A DNA stretch of 35,737 bases from Octopus sinensis. Taxonomy: Eukaryota. Below the pieces are notes generated by a model. It saw only the letters and a list, made by a program, of their open reading frames with translations, ran no database searches and was not told the origin of the DNA. The stretch is taken from the NCBI RefSeq assembly GCF_006345805.1, contig NW_021828059.1, positions 1-35,737 on the forward strand. Direction: 5' to 3'. The translations under genes were made by a program, and so were the position numbers. This document shows, in pieces, positions 32,753 to 35,737 of this stretch. How positions within the stretch are numbered: the first letter of the stretch is position 1; each line of letters starts with the position of its first letter.

Positions 32753-33149
32753 TAAACACAGTGTACATTTAAACACATAAGAAGTATCCGTCATAGGATT
32801 CCCTGAACGCTAGAAGGAACAGCTAAAATCCAAACCGCTATTAGGGATAATAATCGAAGGGAATGAAAATTATAAAACATTTACCTCTATCTCCTAGACA
32901 ACGGATTCAAACATTCTTTTAGCAAATAAAATTATATGCTAGGCGAAGTCTTCATCAGCAGGTACGCCTAGATTAAAACATATATGCATGAGGCAATCCA
33001 GCTTTTGCCTCTTATGTGATACCTCTTATGTGTTTAAATATGTACACTGCATTTATATGAATAATATATAGTCTATTGACATTTTTTTTACACGTTAGGC
33101 CATTGGTAGTAAACATTCTAAGCTTTTTATTACCCTGTTATTGTTAATT

Positions 33150-33282
<133 letters not shown>

Positions 33283-35687
33283 CATGTTTGTTTATTAGCC
33301 ACACAGAGCTGCACACAGACGTGAAAGATTACAAGGTAAAGAGAGCTTTCTTTTTTAGGAATTAAGGTAGGGTAGGTTTTCGATAAAAAGTAATCGTAAA
33401 AGAGAATAAAGACAAAGAAAAAAAGGAAAAGAAACAAAAGAAAAAATCGATCAATATGGATTGTGTATCACAGTGTCATGATGTAAGGTGTAAAGGGGGA
33501 AGCAGATAAGTTTTATTCGTGGGAATAAAAGCCTACGGAAAAGACCACGGTAACCTCGGTCAATATTGTTACATGTTACCACATTTGTTTTCAAGTAACC
33601 CTCACTTTTGATTTCCAGTTTCATAGGATTATGCTCAAGCTGGCTTCGTTTTTCATACGAGCCATCCTTGTTACATTCACCCATCTTTTTAAAACATTCG
33701 CTAGACAAAACTTGCCTCTCTACTCTCTCTCTTTCCTTTTCAAATGATACTTGAAGATGTTGATGACCAGAGAGGAAAGTGTTTGTCTCCAATACTTTCA
33801 GACGCGTCCACCAGTTACATTATTTTGCCATATGATGGAAGTAGCTCTTCCTTCCTGTTTGAAGGGAGGAGGCGTGACAATATTGACGATAGACTCGGCT
33901 GATAAATCGACTCGTCCCACACGTGACAGCAGTTGTTCGACATAAGCCCACAGGTCGGAAATGGTTGGATAGTACACGAGAGTGAGCAGAACAGTTTCGT
34001 CGCTCTGACCGCATCACGGGCAGGTCGGCCCCGTGTTCCTCGAACCGTGTCTGTAGAGCTTATCCCGAAGAAGTAGCGCTTCTCGGTAGCACTGCCAGGC
34101 CAGGGATCTCTGGAGGTTGTCAATTGGCCCTGGCCCGAAAGTCGTCCTGAACATGCGGGTCACGTATTCCTCGTCGACGTCCAGGTTCGCCCCGAGCTCG
34201 TCGTCGTACCTACCCTCCACTAATCCCCTATAGAATGCTTGGGTTGTGGTGAAGTCACTCATGGTCGACCCGGGACGGCATAGTTGCTTGACAGCAACGC
34301 GACACTGGCGGTGCCATTCGCTCTTTCTCGGCCTCTTTTTGATCCACGACTGCAGTTCGGTCATGGAGGCGAGTTGCCGAAAGCGTGCCTCAGAAACAGC
34401 GACCACACCTGTTCACCGTCGTCTACATAGACCCTGAGATGTCGCAGTCTAAGCGAGTGTCTGTGCATCATCAAACACGGCATGCCCAGTCCTCCTTTTA
34501 ACGGGTGTTGACTGCAAATGGATCGCCTGACCATCGGGACGCATCCTTTCCACAAGACGCGAAAGAGAATACGCTCTAGATTGGTGATGGTAGGGTCGGG
34601 ACAAGGCACGACGGTCAGACGGTAGTAGATGACGTACGCGATGTACGAGTTGGCCACCTCCACCCAAACTTTTAAGGTTTTTCTTCTCGGCCCATTGCCG
34701 GGCGAGAGTGACCACCCTACTCATTATCTCGTTCTAGCTCTTCTCCATTTGGAGGTCCGGAACAACCAGACCCCGAAAAACTCGACCGGACAGTCGGTCC
34801 AGCGTCCCACGACGGAGGTGCTGGTGGACGGCATGGGCTTGCTCCTCCAGGTACCGAGTCGCAAACCCACTTGTTTTTCCCGGTTGATTTTCGCTCCTGT
34901 CAGTATCGATGGTCTACCCTATCCAAAGCTTTCGATTGATCCAAATTGATCAGCGCCCCACCCATACCAGGTTCGTTAACTACCCTGTCTATGATGTAGC
35001 ACATCAGATGGAGGTTGTCATTGATGCTCCGGCCTGGCACGGCGCATGTTTGCGCCTTGTCGACCAGTTTCTCGATGACAAGCACCAAAATTTTCAAGTG
35101 ATGGGCCTAAAGTTATCTATTACATTCCCCTTGTTTAGATCTTTCTTCAGCAGAGTTACGGCTCCTCGGATCACAAAACCAGGAATGCTCCCGTTTTGCT
35201 ACCAGTTGCAGTACACCGCTGCCAAGACGTCTCCAAACAAGTCTGGCATACAACTGTAAAGCTCGTAGGGTAGACCAACCAAACCCGGCGACTTGTCACT
35301 CGAGCATTCTGCGATCGCGTCCCGCACTTCCGCCGCCTTGATGTCACCTTCGCAGCGCCCTGCCTCTCTTGTCGAGAGTCGTGGTATGCTGTGTAGGTAG
35401 GCACTGAAGTCCACCCTACGCTCTTGCCTGCCACTCGTCCCGAACAGTCGGGCAAAATGCCGTTGGAAAGCGTCTCACATTTTACTTGACTCGAGCAATT
35501 CGCGCCCCTGTTCATCTACGAGAGATTGAATTGTGGGTTTATTGCCCTGTTGCGCCTCTGCCACCCGGGCTTCCCTCGCGGCTCTAACACCTTCGTTCCT
35601 TAGAGCACGCACCCTAGCTGTGACAACACACCCTTCGTGTTTCGCGTTGAAGTGTTGGTCGGGAGCCAACACGCCGCCAAAACGTCG
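33283..35687 (-). mobile_element. L1/Tx1-clade LINE, 5'-truncated and RT-core deleted
   Basis: KSPGLVGLPYELY, GAVTLLKK..DNFRPITL, QTCAVPGRSINDNL, LINLDQSKALDRVDHRY, TGAKINREK, FRVLWKG..RRSICSQHPLKGGLGMP and LAWQCYREAL. The 3' UTR ends AATAAAC AAACATG and then (TCTA)n. Confidence 0.92.

Positions 35688-35737
<50 letters not shown>
35688..35737. repeat. (GATA)n microsatellite at the Tx1 5' junction
   Basis: Direct reading; the tract runs to the window edge. Confidence 0.99.

Overview
AT-rich, repeat-saturated eukaryotic DNA. It is most consistent with an octopus or other coleoid cephalopod genome; this is inferred from recalled SINE/LINE families and was not verified by a search. There are no prokaryotic features. 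The window looks like largely intronic DNA of a minus-strand host gene, of which one clear 72-nt leucine-rich-repeat exon is visible (11041-11112), with a doubtful second exon nearby. The rest is decayed transposons and microsatellites: a near full-length RTE LINE, CR1-group LINEs, a Tx1 LINE sitting inside a (GATA)n tract, tRNA-derived SINEs, RTE-tail-like elements with internal minisatellites, mariner and DD37D (maT) relics, a Helitron fragment, a Mag-like Gypsy LTR element and at least three Penelope-like element (PLE) fragments. The most notable structure not shown by the ORF track is a set of minimal type-I hammerhead ribozyme motifs. Three have intact cores, one has a single core substitution and several are degenerate. 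They concentrate around the PLEs and inside foldback (inverted-repeat) elements. The window also holds an unusually large number of long palindromes.
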